Below the pieces are notes generated by a model that saw nothing but the letters and a program-made list of their open reading frames with translations, did no database searches and was not told the DNA's origin. Made by a program: the position numbers and the translations under genes. Of a DNA stretch of 64,000 bases, positions 36,803 through 46,628 are shown one piece after another. This stretch comes from Candidatus Hydrogenedentota bacterium. Lineage in GTDB: Bacteria; Hydrogenedentota; Hydrogenedentia; Hydrogenedentales; JAEUWI01. Position 1 is the first letter of the stretch; each line of letters starts with the position of its first letter. The stretch lies in assembly GCA_034669905.1 (NCBI GenBank), contig JAXMOL010000003.1, positions 96,001 through 160,000 on the forward strand. The letters are read 5' to 3'.

Positions 36803-37876
36803 ATGGCCACACCGAGCATTAAAGAGTTGCTGACCAAGGCGATTAAGGCGGGCGCAAGCGACATGCATATTGTCGTGGGGGCGCCGCCCATGATTCGGTT
36901 GCACGGTGGGTTGGAACCCCTGGGGCGCTATGAGCGCTTCACGGCGGAAGAGACCCAGGAAGTCATCTACACGGTGATGAACGAAGATCAGGTGGCGGAA
37001 TTCGAATCAACCCGGGAATGCGATCTGTCGTTCGGTATCGAAGGGCTGAGCCGATTTCGACTGAACGTCTACCGCGACCGCGGTTCGGTGGTGGCGGCGT
37101 TTCGTGCCATCCCCTTTGAGATTCTGTCCTTCGAGCAACTCGGCCTTCCCCGGGTGATTGCAGACTTTGCCTACAAGCCTTTCGGACTGGTGTTGGTATG
37201 CGGCCCGACCGGTAGTGGTAAATCCACGACGCTGGCCTCGGTGATTGACAAGATCAACCGCGAGCGCAATACCCACATCATTACGATTGAAGATCCCATC
37301 GAATATCTCCATCGGCACAACCGCAGCGTGGTGAATCAACGGGAAGTACACGCCGATACGGCGTCTTTTTCGGCGGCGCTGAAGCGGGTGCTGCGTCAGG
37401 ATCCCGACGTGATTCTGATCGGTGAAATGCGGGACACGGAAACGATCCAGGCGGCCCTGACCGTGGCAGAAACCGGCCACCTGGCTTTTGCCACCCTGCA
37501 CACCAATGATGCCCTCCAGACCATGAACCGTATTATCGACGTGTTCCCGGCGGCCCAGCAGGCCCAGGTACGTACCCAGTTGTCCTTCGTGTTGGAGGCC
37601 GTCGTGGTGCAGCAATTGGTGCCCCGGGCCGACGGAATGGGGCGGGCCCTCTGCATGGAAATCATGTTGGCCAACCCCGCTATTCGTTCACTCATTCGTG
37701 CCGAAAAGCTGGAGCAGATCCCTTCCATGATTGAAATCGGCAAGGGCGAAGGCATGTTAACCATGAACCAATCCCTGTTTCGTCTGTCCAAGCGGGGCAT
37801 CATTACGACGGAGATGGCCTTCAAGCGCAGCGCCGATCCGGAAGGGTTGCAGCACCTCATGGAAAAAGGAATGTGA
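36803..37876 (+). CDS. pilT: type IV pilus retraction ATPase PilT
   Basis: ASDMH, GPTGSGKSTT, TIEDPIEY, LRQDPDVILIGEMRD, AETGH, AIRSLIRAEK (AIRNLIRE motif); AAAGGAGA RBS. Confidence 0.95.
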   Translation: MATPSIKELLTKAIKAGASDMHIVVGAPPMIRLHGGLEPLGRYERFTAEETQEVIYTVMNEDQVAEFESTRECDLSFGIEGLSRFRLNVYRDRGSVVAAFRAIPFEILSFEQLGLPRVIADFAYKPFGLVLVCGPTGSGKSTTLASVIDKINRERNTHIITIEDPIEYLHRHNRSVVNQREVHADTASFSAALKRVLRQDPDVILIGEMRDTETIQAALTVAETGHLAFATLHTNDALQTMNRIIDVFPAAQQAQVRTQLSFVLEAVVVQQLVPRADGMGRALCMEIMLANPAIRSLIRAEKLEQIPSMIEIGKGEGMLTMNQSLFRLSKRGIITTEMAFKRSADPEGLQHLMEKGM

Positions 37877-39519
37877 TCCGACATCTCGTTCGATACACGT
37901 CGTCTGTTCTTGAGTACCTTCGTCCGTCCTATGATGGCCCGTCTACGTGGCTATGGTTTGTGGGACTGGCGCGTATCGGGATGCTTCTGGTGGTGGCGGT
38001 GGGTGCCCAGTTGGTGGCCGATGAAGAGGAAGCCTTTCGCCATCTTCTAATGGCGATCTATGCCTCGGCGTTTGCCAGTAGTCTGTGGTATCTCATCGTG
38101 CTCCGGCGGGAAAACTCGGTCCCGGCCATTCTTACCTGGACCCAGGTGTTGGTCGATTTCGGGGTCGTGGCGGCCACCATCAGTTACACCGGCGGTCAGG
38201 CCAGCTTCTTCACGTTCCTGCTCGTTATCGTGATACTCGAGGCCGGCGTCCTGATGGGGCTCCTCCAGGGCTTCGTGTTTGCGTCGATGGCCTCCGTGTA
38301 CATGCTCTACCAGGTCTTCATCACCGCACCTTCGGCGCCCGATCAGCTGGCCCATTGGTATCATTATCTGATTCAGGGCCTCGCCTTCTTTTTCACCGCG
38401 TTCATCAGTGGCTACTGGAACCAGCGCGTAAGCCGGATGAAACAGTTCCAGCGCGAGATTCTGGATAACATGAACAGCGGCTTTCTCATTACCGACGCCA
38501 AGGGCCTGGTGGTCGCGATGAACAAGGCCGCCTGTGGGATCCTGAATCTCCGGGAGGAGAACGTGGCCGGCCGTCATGTGGATGGCATTATCGTGCCCGA
38601 GTCGGGGGCGGAGTGTCCGGTGACCACGGCGTTGCGCCTTCGGAAAGATTTCACCAGCTATGAGTTTTACACCCAGATCGGGCCGGAAAGCTCGCGCCTG
38701 CTGGGACTGACCACCAACCGTATCCGGGATGCCCACGGGCACGTGACCGGGCTCATCGCTTCCTTTACCGACCTGACCGAGATGGCCCGCATGCGCAAAG
38801 AGCTGCAGCAACAGGACCGGATGGCCGTCATTGGTGAATTGTCCGCCGGTCTGGCCCATGAAATTCGGAATCCCGTGGCGTCGATACGGGGAAGTATGGA
38901 CGAGCTCCAGCGCAACATTGAGTCGAAAGATCTGGTGGCCCGTCTGGCCGCCATCGCGGTGCGGGAGTCCGATCACCTTAACGAGATTGTGACCGGGTTT
39001 CTGGATTTCGCCCGTGACCCGAGCCGCCGCTATGCCCTTTTTGACGTGCGTGACGTCGCCCGCGAAGTGGAAGAACAATTGCTCCGGAAGTATGGCGCGG
39101 ATGGCGTTTCGATAACCTTACTGTCCCCCAACGAATCCTGTCTGGTTACGGGGGACAAGACCCAGATATGGCAGGTCTTTACCAATCTCGGGCAGAACGC
39201 CATCGAGGCCATGTCGGGCACCGGCGCCCTGGAGATCGTGTTGGACACCAACGAGGGGCGTGGTCCTATCGAAATTTGTTTTAATGACAACGGGCCGGGA
39301 ATTGCACCCGACAAAGTGTCCCGAATATTTGAGCCGTTCTACACGGAAAAGGCCCGGGGGGTCGGAATGGGACTCGCCATTTGCATGCGCATCATAACGG
39401 CCCATGATGGAACCATTCAGGCCGCATCCCGTGCCGGTGGCGGTACCGCAATGAGCGTTCGCCTTCCGCTGGTGCAGCAAGATGCCGCAGAGCAGAGCGC
39501 CGAGAAAACGAAAGGTTAA
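37873..39519 (+). CDS. pilS: PilS-like membrane PAS sensor histidine kinase
   Basis: About 6 N-terminal TM helices, PAS, AHEIRNPV H-box, HATPase; overlaps the pilT stop and precedes a sigma54 activator. Confidence 0.8.
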   Translation: MIRHLVRYTSSVLEYLRPSYDGPSTWLWFVGLARIGMLLVVAVGAQLVADEEEAFRHLLMAIYASAFASSLWYLIVLRRENSVPAILTWTQVLVDFGVVAATISYTGGQASFFTFLLVIVILEAGVLMGLLQGFVFASMASVYMLYQVFITAPSAPDQLAHWYHYLIQGLAFFFTAFISGYWNQRVSRMKQFQREILDNMNSGFLITDAKGLVVAMNKAACGILNLREENVAGRHVDGIIVPESGAECPVTTALRLRKDFTSYEFYTQIGPESSRLLGLTTNRIRDAHGHVTGLIASFTDLTEMARMRKELQQQDRMAVIGELSAGLAHEIRNPVASIRGSMDELQRNIESKDLVARLAAIAVRESDHLNEIVTGFLDFARDPSRRYALFDVRDVAREVEEQLLRKYGADGVSITLLSPNESCLVTGDKTQIWQVFTNLGQNAIEAMSGTGALEIVLDTNEGRGPIEICFNDNGPGIAPDKVSRIFEPFYTEKARGVGMGLAICMRIITAHDGTIQAASRAGGGTAMSVRLPLVQQDAAEQSAEKTKG

Positions 39520-39524
39520 GTACC

Positions 39525-40922
39525 GTGTCAGTTAATCACCGAGTGCTGGTTGTAGACGATGAGCTCAGCATGCGTGAATTGTTGGAAATTGTGCTCCAGA
39601 ATGACGGCTACGAAGTGGATACGGCCGAAGATGTGGAGAGCGCACAGGAGAAGCTCGAAAACAACCACTACGACGCCGTGCTGACGGACCTCTATATGGG
39701 GCAGGATCGGGATGCGGGGATGCGGCTGCTCAGTTGGCTGGAAGAGAACAGCCCGGGCACGCCTTCAATCATGATGACGGCCCATGGCTCGGTGGAGACC
39801 GCGATCGAGGCCATGAAACGAGGCGCCGCCGACTACGTCATGAAGCCCTTCAAGAATGACGAAATCCGGATTCTGATTGAGCGGGCCATCGCGCAGCGAA
39901 ACCTGCTGCGGGAAAACATCGCCCTTCGCCAGGAGCAGGCCCGCCAGGGCAATATCGACAACATGATCGGTAAAAGCCCGGCATTCCAAAAGGCCATGAA
40001 AATGATCCGGCGCGTCGCGGCGCTCCCAAGCACCGTCGCCGTCCACGGTGAAAGTGGCGCGGGTAAGGAGTTGGTCGCCCGGGCACTCCACACCCTGAGC
40101 AACCGTGCCGACAAACCTTTCGTGGCCATTAACTGTGGTGGTATCCCCGAGAACCTCCTGGAGAGCGAGCTCTTTGGTCACAAGAAGGGCAGTTTTACCG
40201 GGGCCACCGATGACAAGGAAGGCCTTTTCGTGGTCGCCAATGGCGGCACGATTTTCCTCGATGAAATCGGTGAAATGCCCCTCATGCTCCAGGTGAAGTT
40301 GCTCCGGGTCCTCGACAACAATATCGTGACGCCCGTAGGCAGCACAACCGATATCAAGGTAGACGTCCGCCTGGTTTCGGCCACCAACCGGGATTTGGAG
40401 AAGATGGCGGAGGAGGGCACGTTTCGAAGCGATTTGTACTACCGGCTTAACGTGATTCCCATTCAGGTGCCGCCCCTGCGCCAGCGCCGCGATGACATTC
40501 CGCTGCTTTGTCGACATTTCGTGGCACAACATGCGAAGAACATGGGCTGTGAACAGCTGGAAATCAGTGCCGAGGCCCAGGCCGCCTTGAACAACTACCA
40601 TTGGCCCGGCAACGTCCGGGAATTGGGCAACGTGATGGAGCGGGCACTGGCGCTGTGTGCCGATGATGAGATTGGACTGGATGATCTGCCGGAAAACCTG
40701 CGGAACTATGAGCCGGACCGGAGCGTGGCCACGTCGAAAGCCGCGGTCCTTCCCGATGAAGGCATGGACATGGAACAGCTCATTGCCGATCTGGAAATCG
40801 ACCTCATCAAGCAGGCCCTGGAAAAGGGACGCTATTCCCAGAAACGGGCAGCGAGCCTGCTGGGCCTCACCGCACGCTCGTTGCGGTATCGGTTGCAGAA
40901 ATACGATCTGGAAGGTCAATAG
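39525..40922 (+). CDS. pilR: PilR-like sigma54-dependent response regulator (REC-AAA-Fis HTH)
   Basis: REC; GESGAGKE, ESELFGHKKGSFTGA (GSFTGA as in PilR), FLDEIGE, WPGNVREL, LLGLTARSLRYRLQK. Confidence 0.85.
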   Translation: MSVNHRVLVVDDELSMRELLEIVLQNDGYEVDTAEDVESAQEKLENNHYDAVLTDLYMGQDRDAGMRLLSWLEENSPGTPSIMMTAHGSVETAIEAMKRGAADYVMKPFKNDEIRILIERAIAQRNLLRENIALRQEQARQGNIDNMIGKSPAFQKAMKMIRRVAALPSTVAVHGESGAGKELVARALHTLSNRADKPFVAINCGGIPENLLESELFGHKKGSFTGATDDKEGLFVVANGGTIFLDEIGEMPLMLQVKLLRVLDNNIVTPVGSTTDIKVDVRLVSATNRDLEKMAEEGTFRSDLYYRLNVIPIQVPPLRQRRDDIPLLCRHFVAQHAKNMGCEQLEISAEAQAALNNYHWPGNVRELGNVMERALALCADDEIGLDDLPENLRNYEPDRSVATSKAAVLPDEGMDMEQLIADLEIDLIKQALEKGRYSQKRAASLLGLTARSLRYRLQKYDLEGQ

Positions 40923-41028
40923 GCCCCTGCGGGTGTGACGGGGGCGGGCTGTCGGGTGTGGTCGTCGCTATGGTACCCTATGGGGCTGTAGTTTCCTGTG
41001 CCGTTGTACCCATTTAAGCGAGTAGATC

Positions 41029-44000
41029 ATGACGACCATCTTTTCCTGGCTTCGAATTCACTGGAAAAAAGTCCTGGTGTTTTCATTGAAGTTGGTGTTT
41101 ATTGTTTCCCTGTTTGTCCTCCTGTTTCGCCCGGAGACCTTCGGCCTTCCAGCAGACTTGTTTCGCGACATTACGCCACAACAGCTCTGGCATGATCTGA
41201 AGGCCATTGATCCCGGGACGGCTGCCGTCTGGTTCGGCTTTGCCGTGGCCGTAAAGCTGGGCGGTATCTTCGCGGGGGTCATGCGTTGGCGTATTCTGCT
41301 TCGCGCACAGGGCGTACACATCCCGTTCTGGTACCTGACGAAATGCTGGTTCTGGGGGCGGGCCATCGGGCTGTTTCTTCCGGGAACCCTGGGGCTCGAT
41401 GGGTATCGATTGGTGGAATCCGCACGCTATACCGGGGAGCCCATCAAGTGCGCCACGGTGATTGGCGTGGAGAAACTCACGGGGATTATCGCACTTTTTT
41501 CCCTGGTCTTTTTGACCCTGCCCCTGGGACTCCGACTCTTTCCCATCAACCTGGCCCTGCTCGCGGTGGTGCTGCTTATTCTGGCTGGGTTTATCGGAAC
41601 CAGCCTGCTGCTGTTGCTCCAGCCTCGTGTCATTCAGGTGTTCATGGCTTCCTTGCCGTTGCCCGGTGCCGTGCACGAAAAGGTCAACAAGTTGGGCATT
41701 GCGGCCACGGCCTACAGTGCCCATCGGGGAGCCCTCTTTAAGGCGCTGTTTTTCGGGCTGTGTGTACACCTGGGCATTTGCCTCATGTATTTCGGCACCG
41801 CCTCGGCCATCCGCGCAGAGAATACCGGCATCCTGGAAATCCTCTTTGCGAGCCCCCTGCTTATCGTGGGCTCGGTCTTTGCCCCCACGGTCAGTGGCGT
41901 TGGCGTGCGGGAAGTGGTGATGACCACCCTGCTGGGCGGCGTCTCCAGCGGCTCCCAGGCCCTCCTCTTTGGCCACCTGGGCCTCTGGTTCGGGGAAGTG
42001 ATTCCCTTTCTCCTCAGCACGCCCCTCCTGCTCCTGACGGGCCGTCCGAAGCGGGAAGACCTCGAGGAAGAGATGGCGGTCGTGCGCGAGAAAATCGGGA
42101 CAGGCGAAGAGGCCGCCCTCCATCTGGACGCCGATGAACTGGCTTTCTATCGCCGTAAGGTCTTCGGAACCCTGACGGCGGGTACCCTGGCGGGATTTGT
42201 GGCCGGTGCTTTCATCGGGCTGGTGGAAGCGGAATGGATTGAGACCACGCTGGGTAATCTTTCTGAGACCGGCATTTTTACCTGGTCGGTGCTTGCCTAT
42301 GGACTTATCTTTGGCGCGGTCGGAAAAGGCGTGGCCTTCGGGCTGCTCTTTATGTACCTGCTCACCAACCGCTTCGCCGCGGTATGGTGGAACTATGGCC
42401 TCGCCTTCGGGGGGACGACCATTATAGGCGGTTTGGTCATTGGCCTGTTCCGCTTGCGGCGGGATGTCTACGATGGCCATATGCCGGATACGGCCGGCTT
42501 GTTGCAGTTGGGGCTGCTGGTGGGCTCGATAGCGGTCCTGGGGGGCCTCCTGTTGCTCTTTGGGGCACGCAGCGTGGCGCGACGCTCCGGTGAGAGTCGG
42601 CGGGTCCTGTGCGCCGCAGGGGTGGCCGTTTACGGGCTTTTCGTCGGGCTCGGGGTGCTGCTCGGTATCATTCACGAGACGGCTCAGCCCGTGCCCACCG
42701 ATGGCGTGGCCATCACCACGTCGTCTGGTCCAAATCTTATCCTCATTGCCGTGGATACCCTGCGCGCCGACTATCTCCCGGCCTACAATCCCGATATCGA
42801 AACGAAGACCCCCCATCTGGATGCTTTCCTGAACGACGCCATTCGCTTTGAGAAGGGCTATTCCCAGGCTTCGTGGACGAAGGCGTCCTTTGGGTCGATT
42901 TTTTCCGGCATGTATCCCGAGTGCCACACGGCGGTGACCAAGACGGCCAGCCTGCCCGAAGATGTGGAAACGGTGGCCGAGCTATTGCGGGGTGGGGGCT
43001 ATTACACCCAGGGCTATGCGAATAACCCGAACATCACCTCGGTCTTTGGTTACGACCAGGGCTTCGATACCTACGTGGACATGAAGAAGGCCATCCATTT
43101 CGGGGCGACCCCCTCGGCGGCCCGCCTTTCCATGTATGAAGTGCTGGTCAAGGTGCGGGAGATAGTCAACACCCGCCTCGGTCGGGCCATTGAGGTGACC
43201 GACTATTACCAGCCTGCCACGGTGGTGAAAGAAACCGTGCTCGCGTGGCTCGACAGTGACCGGTTTCCCATGGCACGGCCCTTCTTTCTCTTTACCCACT
43301 TCATGGACCCCCACGACCCCTTTATGGACCCGGAAGCGCCGGGTGGCGGTTACGGCCGGAAGCGCATGGGCAATCCGGATCCGGAATTGCACCTCGAGGG
43401 GATGCAGCGGGCCTATCGGGGAGAGATCGAGTATCTGGACCAGGAGTTAGGGGCCTTCTTCGAGGGGCTCAAGACCCGGGGTATCTACGACGACGCAGTG
43501 ATTATCCTGACGGCCGACCACGGGGAGGAGTTCCACGAGCATGGCGGGTGGTGGCACGGCCAGACCCTTTATGAAGAACAGACCCACGTGCCCTTTATCA
43601 TCAAGTTGCCGGGGAACGCCCAGGGAGGCACGGTGAACCCCCATTTCGCCCGTAACCTGGATATTGCCCCCACCTTGCTGCATTTCGCCGGCGTGGAGAA
43701 GGGGAAGATGATGCAGGGACAGGCGCTCTTTGATGCGTCGGGCGCGGCGACCAATCACGACATCGGGTATAGCTACGCCGAGAACAATTTCGAGGGTATC
43801 GTGCTTCAGGCGCTCCGTAGTGTCAGCCACAAACTGATTCGTGCCAATGAGGGCAACAAGCGGAACCTCGCCCCCCTGGAGCTCTATCGTATGGACACCG
43901 ACCCGCAGGAGCAGACGAACGTGGTCGGGGAGTCGGCAGAGGCGCCGGTGGTGGACCTGTTAAACCAGGCGATCGACGACTACCTCAAGATCTGCGAAGA

Positions 44001-44082
44001 AAACGCCGTAGAGCCCGCGGCACCGGCCATGATGGATGCCGAAACAGCCGGACAACTCGAGTCCCTGGGGTACCTGGAATAA
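41029..44082 (+). CDS. fusion: lysylphosphatidylglycerol-synthase TM (flippase-like) domain, membrane linker and sulfatase-like hydrolase/transferase domain
   Basis: RWRILL, FLPGTLGLDGYR, EK, SGVGVRE flippase-like motifs; AVDTLRADYL, SQASWTKAS, HFMDPHDPF, TADHGEEF...HG, LYEEQTHVP; terminal LESLGYL. Confidence 0.88.
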   Translation: MTTIFSWLRIHWKKVLVFSLKLVFIVSLFVLLFRPETFGLPADLFRDITPQQLWHDLKAIDPGTAAVWFGFAVAVKLGGIFAGVMRWRILLRAQGVHIPFWYLTKCWFWGRAIGLFLPGTLGLDGYRLVESARYTGEPIKCATVIGVEKLTGIIALFSLVFLTLPLGLRLFPINLALLAVVLLILAGFIGTSLLLLLQPRVIQVFMASLPLPGAVHEKVNKLGIAATAYSAHRGALFKALFFGLCVHLGICLMYFGTASAIRAENTGILEILFASPLLIVGSVFAPTVSGVGVREVVMTTLLGGVSSGSQALLFGHLGLWFGEVIPFLLSTPLLLLTGRPKREDLEEEMAVVREKIGTGEEAALHLDADELAFYRRKVFGTLTAGTLAGFVAGAFIGLVEAEWIETTLGNLSETGIFTWSVLAYGLIFGAVGKGVAFGLLFMYLLTNRFAAVWWNYGLAFGGTTIIGGLVIGLFRLRRDVYDGHMPDTAGLLQLGLLVGSIAVLGGLLLLFGARSVARRSGESRRVLCAAGVAVYGLFVGLGVLLGIIHETAQPVPTDGVAITTSSGPNLILIAVDTLRADYLPAYNPDIETKTPHLDAFLNDAIRFEKGYSQASWTKASFGSIFSGMYPECHTAVTKTASLPEDVETVAELLRGGGYYTQGYANNPNITSVFGYDQGFDTYVDMKKAIHFGATPSAARLSMYEVLVKVREIVNTRLGRAIEVTDYYQPATVVKETVLAWLDSDRFPMARPFFLFTHFMDPHDPFMDPEAPGGGYGRKRMGNPDPELHLEGMQRAYRGEIEYLDQELGAFFEGLKTRGIYDDAVIILTADHGEEFHEHGGWWHGQTLYEEQTHVPFIIKLPGNAQGGTVNPHFARNLDIAPTLLHFAGVEKGKMMQGQALFDASGAATNHDIGYSYAENNFEGIVLQALRSVSHKLIRANEGNKRNLAPLELYRMDTDPQEQTNVVGESAEAPVVDLLNQAIDDYLKICEENAVEPAAPAMMDAETAGQLESLGYLE

Positions 44083-44119
44083 AAAAACGGTGGCCTCCCG
44101 CTCGTCGGGAGGCCACCGT
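44081..44119 (-). terminator. rho-independent terminator between convergent genes
   Basis: acggtggcctcccg-ctcgt-cgggaggccaccgt perfect 14-bp stem; adjacent A run gives a U tract on the - strand. Confidence 0.88.
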
Positions 44120-44132
44120 AGTATTCAGGGAA

Positions 44133-45620
44133 TTACTTGAGCAGCTTGCCGCTCGAGGACATGATGCCGGACATGACGCGCTCAAAGGCTTCGGCATCGG
44201 CGCACGCCGAAATGGCTTCCGACCGTTCCACGATGTCATTCTTGTAGAGTTCCACCGCGTATTGGTCGAAGGACTTCATCTCGCTGTCCTGCTCCATAAT
44301 GCCGTGGAGTTTGTCGAGATCGCCTTCTTCGATAGCGTCACGCACGATGGGCCGTCCACCGATGAGCACTTCCACGCAGGGGATACGTCCGCCACCTTTG
44401 CGCTTGAGCAAACGCTGGCAAACCACCGCCATGAGCGTGTAGGCCACCTCCTGCCGCACCAGGTCGCGTTCGCTCGGCGGGAAATAACTGATAATACGGT
44501 TGACCGTGTCAATCGCCGTCGTGGTGTGGAGCGTGCTGAATACCATGTGGCCCGTTTCGGCCGCACTCAGGCCGGCGCGAATCGTATCCACGTCGCGCAT
44601 TTCCCCCACCAGAATCACATCGGGGTCTTCACGCAAGGCACCGCGCAAGGCGTTGGCGAAGGAGAAGGTGTCCCGGCCCACCATGCGCTGGGAGATGATG
44701 CTCTTCTTATCCGTGTATACGAATTCGATGGGATCCTCGGTCGTGATAATGTGGGTCTGGCGATTTTCATTGATGAAATCCACCATGGCCGCCAGGGTCG
44801 TCGATTTGCCACTACCCGTAATGCCGCAGACCAGGAAAAGTCCCCGGTGCTTCCAGCACATGTCTTCCACCACCTTCGGCAGGTCCAGTTTATTGAGCGG
44901 GATGGGCGCCTCCGGGATCAGTCGGATGGCCAGGGCCATGGCGCCGGTCTTAATGTAGCCGGAACAACGGAGGTAGCCCACGCCGGCGGCGTGGTACTGG
45001 AAGCTCGACTCTTTCTCCGTCTGGAGCAGATTGAGCTCCGCCTCACCACCCAATTCCAGGATGATGCGCCGCATATCGTCGGCGGAGACGATGCTGTAGT
45101 CCATGGCCGTGAGGTCGCCATCCAAACGAATGTAGGGGCGGTTACCGGCACGAAGGTGCAAATCCGATGCACCAATCTTTTCCATGGTCTCGATCAACAT
45201 GTTGATGTTGAAATCGGATTTAACGAAGGACTCGGGCGTAAGCGTCCACGTCATCGAGCGAAGACTCTCGACAATAAACGCTTCGACGACCGTATCAATG
45301 GGTGCCAGGCGCGGGGTCTGGGTCAACTCGAAGGGGGGTACAGTGATATTGCACTTGCCCTCTTTCAGATCGACACGACACTGGATTCGTGTCTCCTCCA
45401 CCTTGGCTTTGATATCTTCCAGGGTGGTGCCTTCTTTTACCTCAAACTTAATTTGCAGGTTATCAACCCGCTTGGTCATGTCCGGGGCCTTGACCGACAT
45501 GACGGCGATATCGGTCTTGAACGTGAGGGCCGTGGGCATGCCCATTTCGCGGACCAGAGACTCGAGGCCGATTTTGAATACGTCAAAGACTGTACTGTCC
45601 GTTTTACTACCAATGAACAT
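44133..45620 (-). CDS. second PilT/PilU-family ATPase with about 135-aa unrecognised N-terminal domain
   Basis: GASDLHL, GITGSGKSTT, TTEDPIEF, ALREDPDVILVGEMRD, AETGHMVFSTLHT; AIRNLIRE diverged to IVRDAIEE. Confidence 0.9.
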   Translation of the reverse strand: MFIGSKTDSTVFDVFKIGLESLVREMGMPTALTFKTDIAVMSVKAPDMTKRVDNLQIKFEVKEGTTLEDIKAKVEETRIQCRVDLKEGKCNITVPPFELTQTPRLAPIDTVVEAFIVESLRSMTWTLTPESFVKSDFNINMLIETMEKIGASDLHLRAGNRPYIRLDGDLTAMDYSIVSADDMRRIILELGGEAELNLLQTEKESSFQYHAAGVGYLRCSGYIKTGAMALAIRLIPEAPIPLNKLDLPKVVEDMCWKHRGLFLVCGITGSGKSTTLAAMVDFINENRQTHIITTEDPIEFVYTDKKSIISQRMVGRDTFSFANALRGALREDPDVILVGEMRDVDTIRAGLSAAETGHMVFSTLHTTTAIDTVNRIISYFPPSERDLVRQEVAYTLMAVVCQRLLKRKGGGRIPCVEVLIGGRPIVRDAIEEGDLDKLHGIMEQDSEMKSFDQYAVELYKNDIVERSEAISACADAEAFERVMSGIMSSSGKLLK

Positions 45621-45797
45621 CGTGGACCTTTCAAATAGACCGGCTTTCGCACGGGGGGTACCTCAGCGGATGGGAAAAGAAGTCTAGCATGGGATCTGTA
45701 AAGCAATCAAAGCGTGGAACCGTGTGGCTTTAGGCTAAACTGAGAAATGTGCTATCATGACAACGAATTACTTCGGGAGTTTTTGAAAGGAATGGGT

Positions 45798-46547
45798 ATG
45801 AAACGAATGTTATTGGGAATCGGGATTCTGGCCATTGGGGGAGGGAGCGCACTGGTGGCCCCGGTGTCGGGGGCAGGTGCGAACGCAGCCGGGGTGCCCG
45901 CCGGCGACTCGGCAGTACCTTGGCGCATTGCACAATACAGCAAGACTCCCGGTGGTTATCCGGCTGCCATTCACAGCGGGTGGCCCGGGTTGCCTTTTCC
46001 CCGGGTGGATGCGGCCCTCTTCTGGTCCGCCGAGAAGTCGTACCTCTTCTACAACGATTCGTATGCCCGCTATGACAACCGGACCGACAGCTTTGACGCC
46101 GGGTACCCGCGAAAGATCCGGGAGGGTTGGAAAGGCGTTCATTTTGATCGGATCGATGCGGCGGTGAAGTGGCCCAACGGTAAGACCTACTTTTTCCGGG
46201 GAAACCAGTATATCCGCTACGACGAAAGGTTGGAGTGCGCTGATCCGGGCTATCCGAAGTACATCAATGATGCGACATGGCCGGGGCTGAGCTTTGACCG
46301 GATTGACGCCGCCATGCATTGGCCTTCGGGCAAGACCTATTTCTTTCGTGGTGGCCAATATGTGCGCTATGACATGAAGGCCGATCGGGCTGATCCGGGC
46401 TATCCGGCGAGTCTTTCCTCGTATTGGCCCGGTGTTCGATTCGGTTCGCTGGATGCGGCGATGGAATGGGGAAGCAGCGCGAAGTCGTTTCTGATTAGCG
46501 ACATCTATTACCAGCGTTGGGACAGCCAGGCGGGCCGTGCGGACTGA
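45798..46547 (+). CDS. secreted hemopexin-repeat protein
   Basis: Signal-like N-terminus; repeats (I/V)DAAxxWxxGKTYFFRGxQYxRYD...DPGYPxxI...W. Confidence 0.9.
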   Translation: MKRMLLGIGILAIGGGSALVAPVSGAGANAAGVPAGDSAVPWRIAQYSKTPGGYPAAIHSGWPGLPFPRVDAALFWSAEKSYLFYNDSYARYDNRTDSFDAGYPRKIREGWKGVHFDRIDAAVKWPNGKTYFFRGNQYIRYDERLECADPGYPKYINDATWPGLSFDRIDAAMHWPSGKTYFFRGGQYVRYDMKADRADPGYPASLSSYWPGVRFGSLDAAMEWGSSAKSFLISDIYYQRWDSQAGRAD

Positions 46548-46569
46548 CGCAGATACAACGTAACGATGC

Positions 46570-46618
46570 AAAAAAACGGGCGGCTTCGCAAGAGAGTGCG
46601 AAGCCGCCCGATGGTTTT
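46570..46618. terminator. bidirectional rho-independent terminator
   Basis: cgggcggcttcgca-agagag-tgcgaagccgcccg perfect stem with A run upstream and short T run downstream, between convergent genes. Confidence 0.88.
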
Positions 46619-46628
46619 CCGGGGAGGC

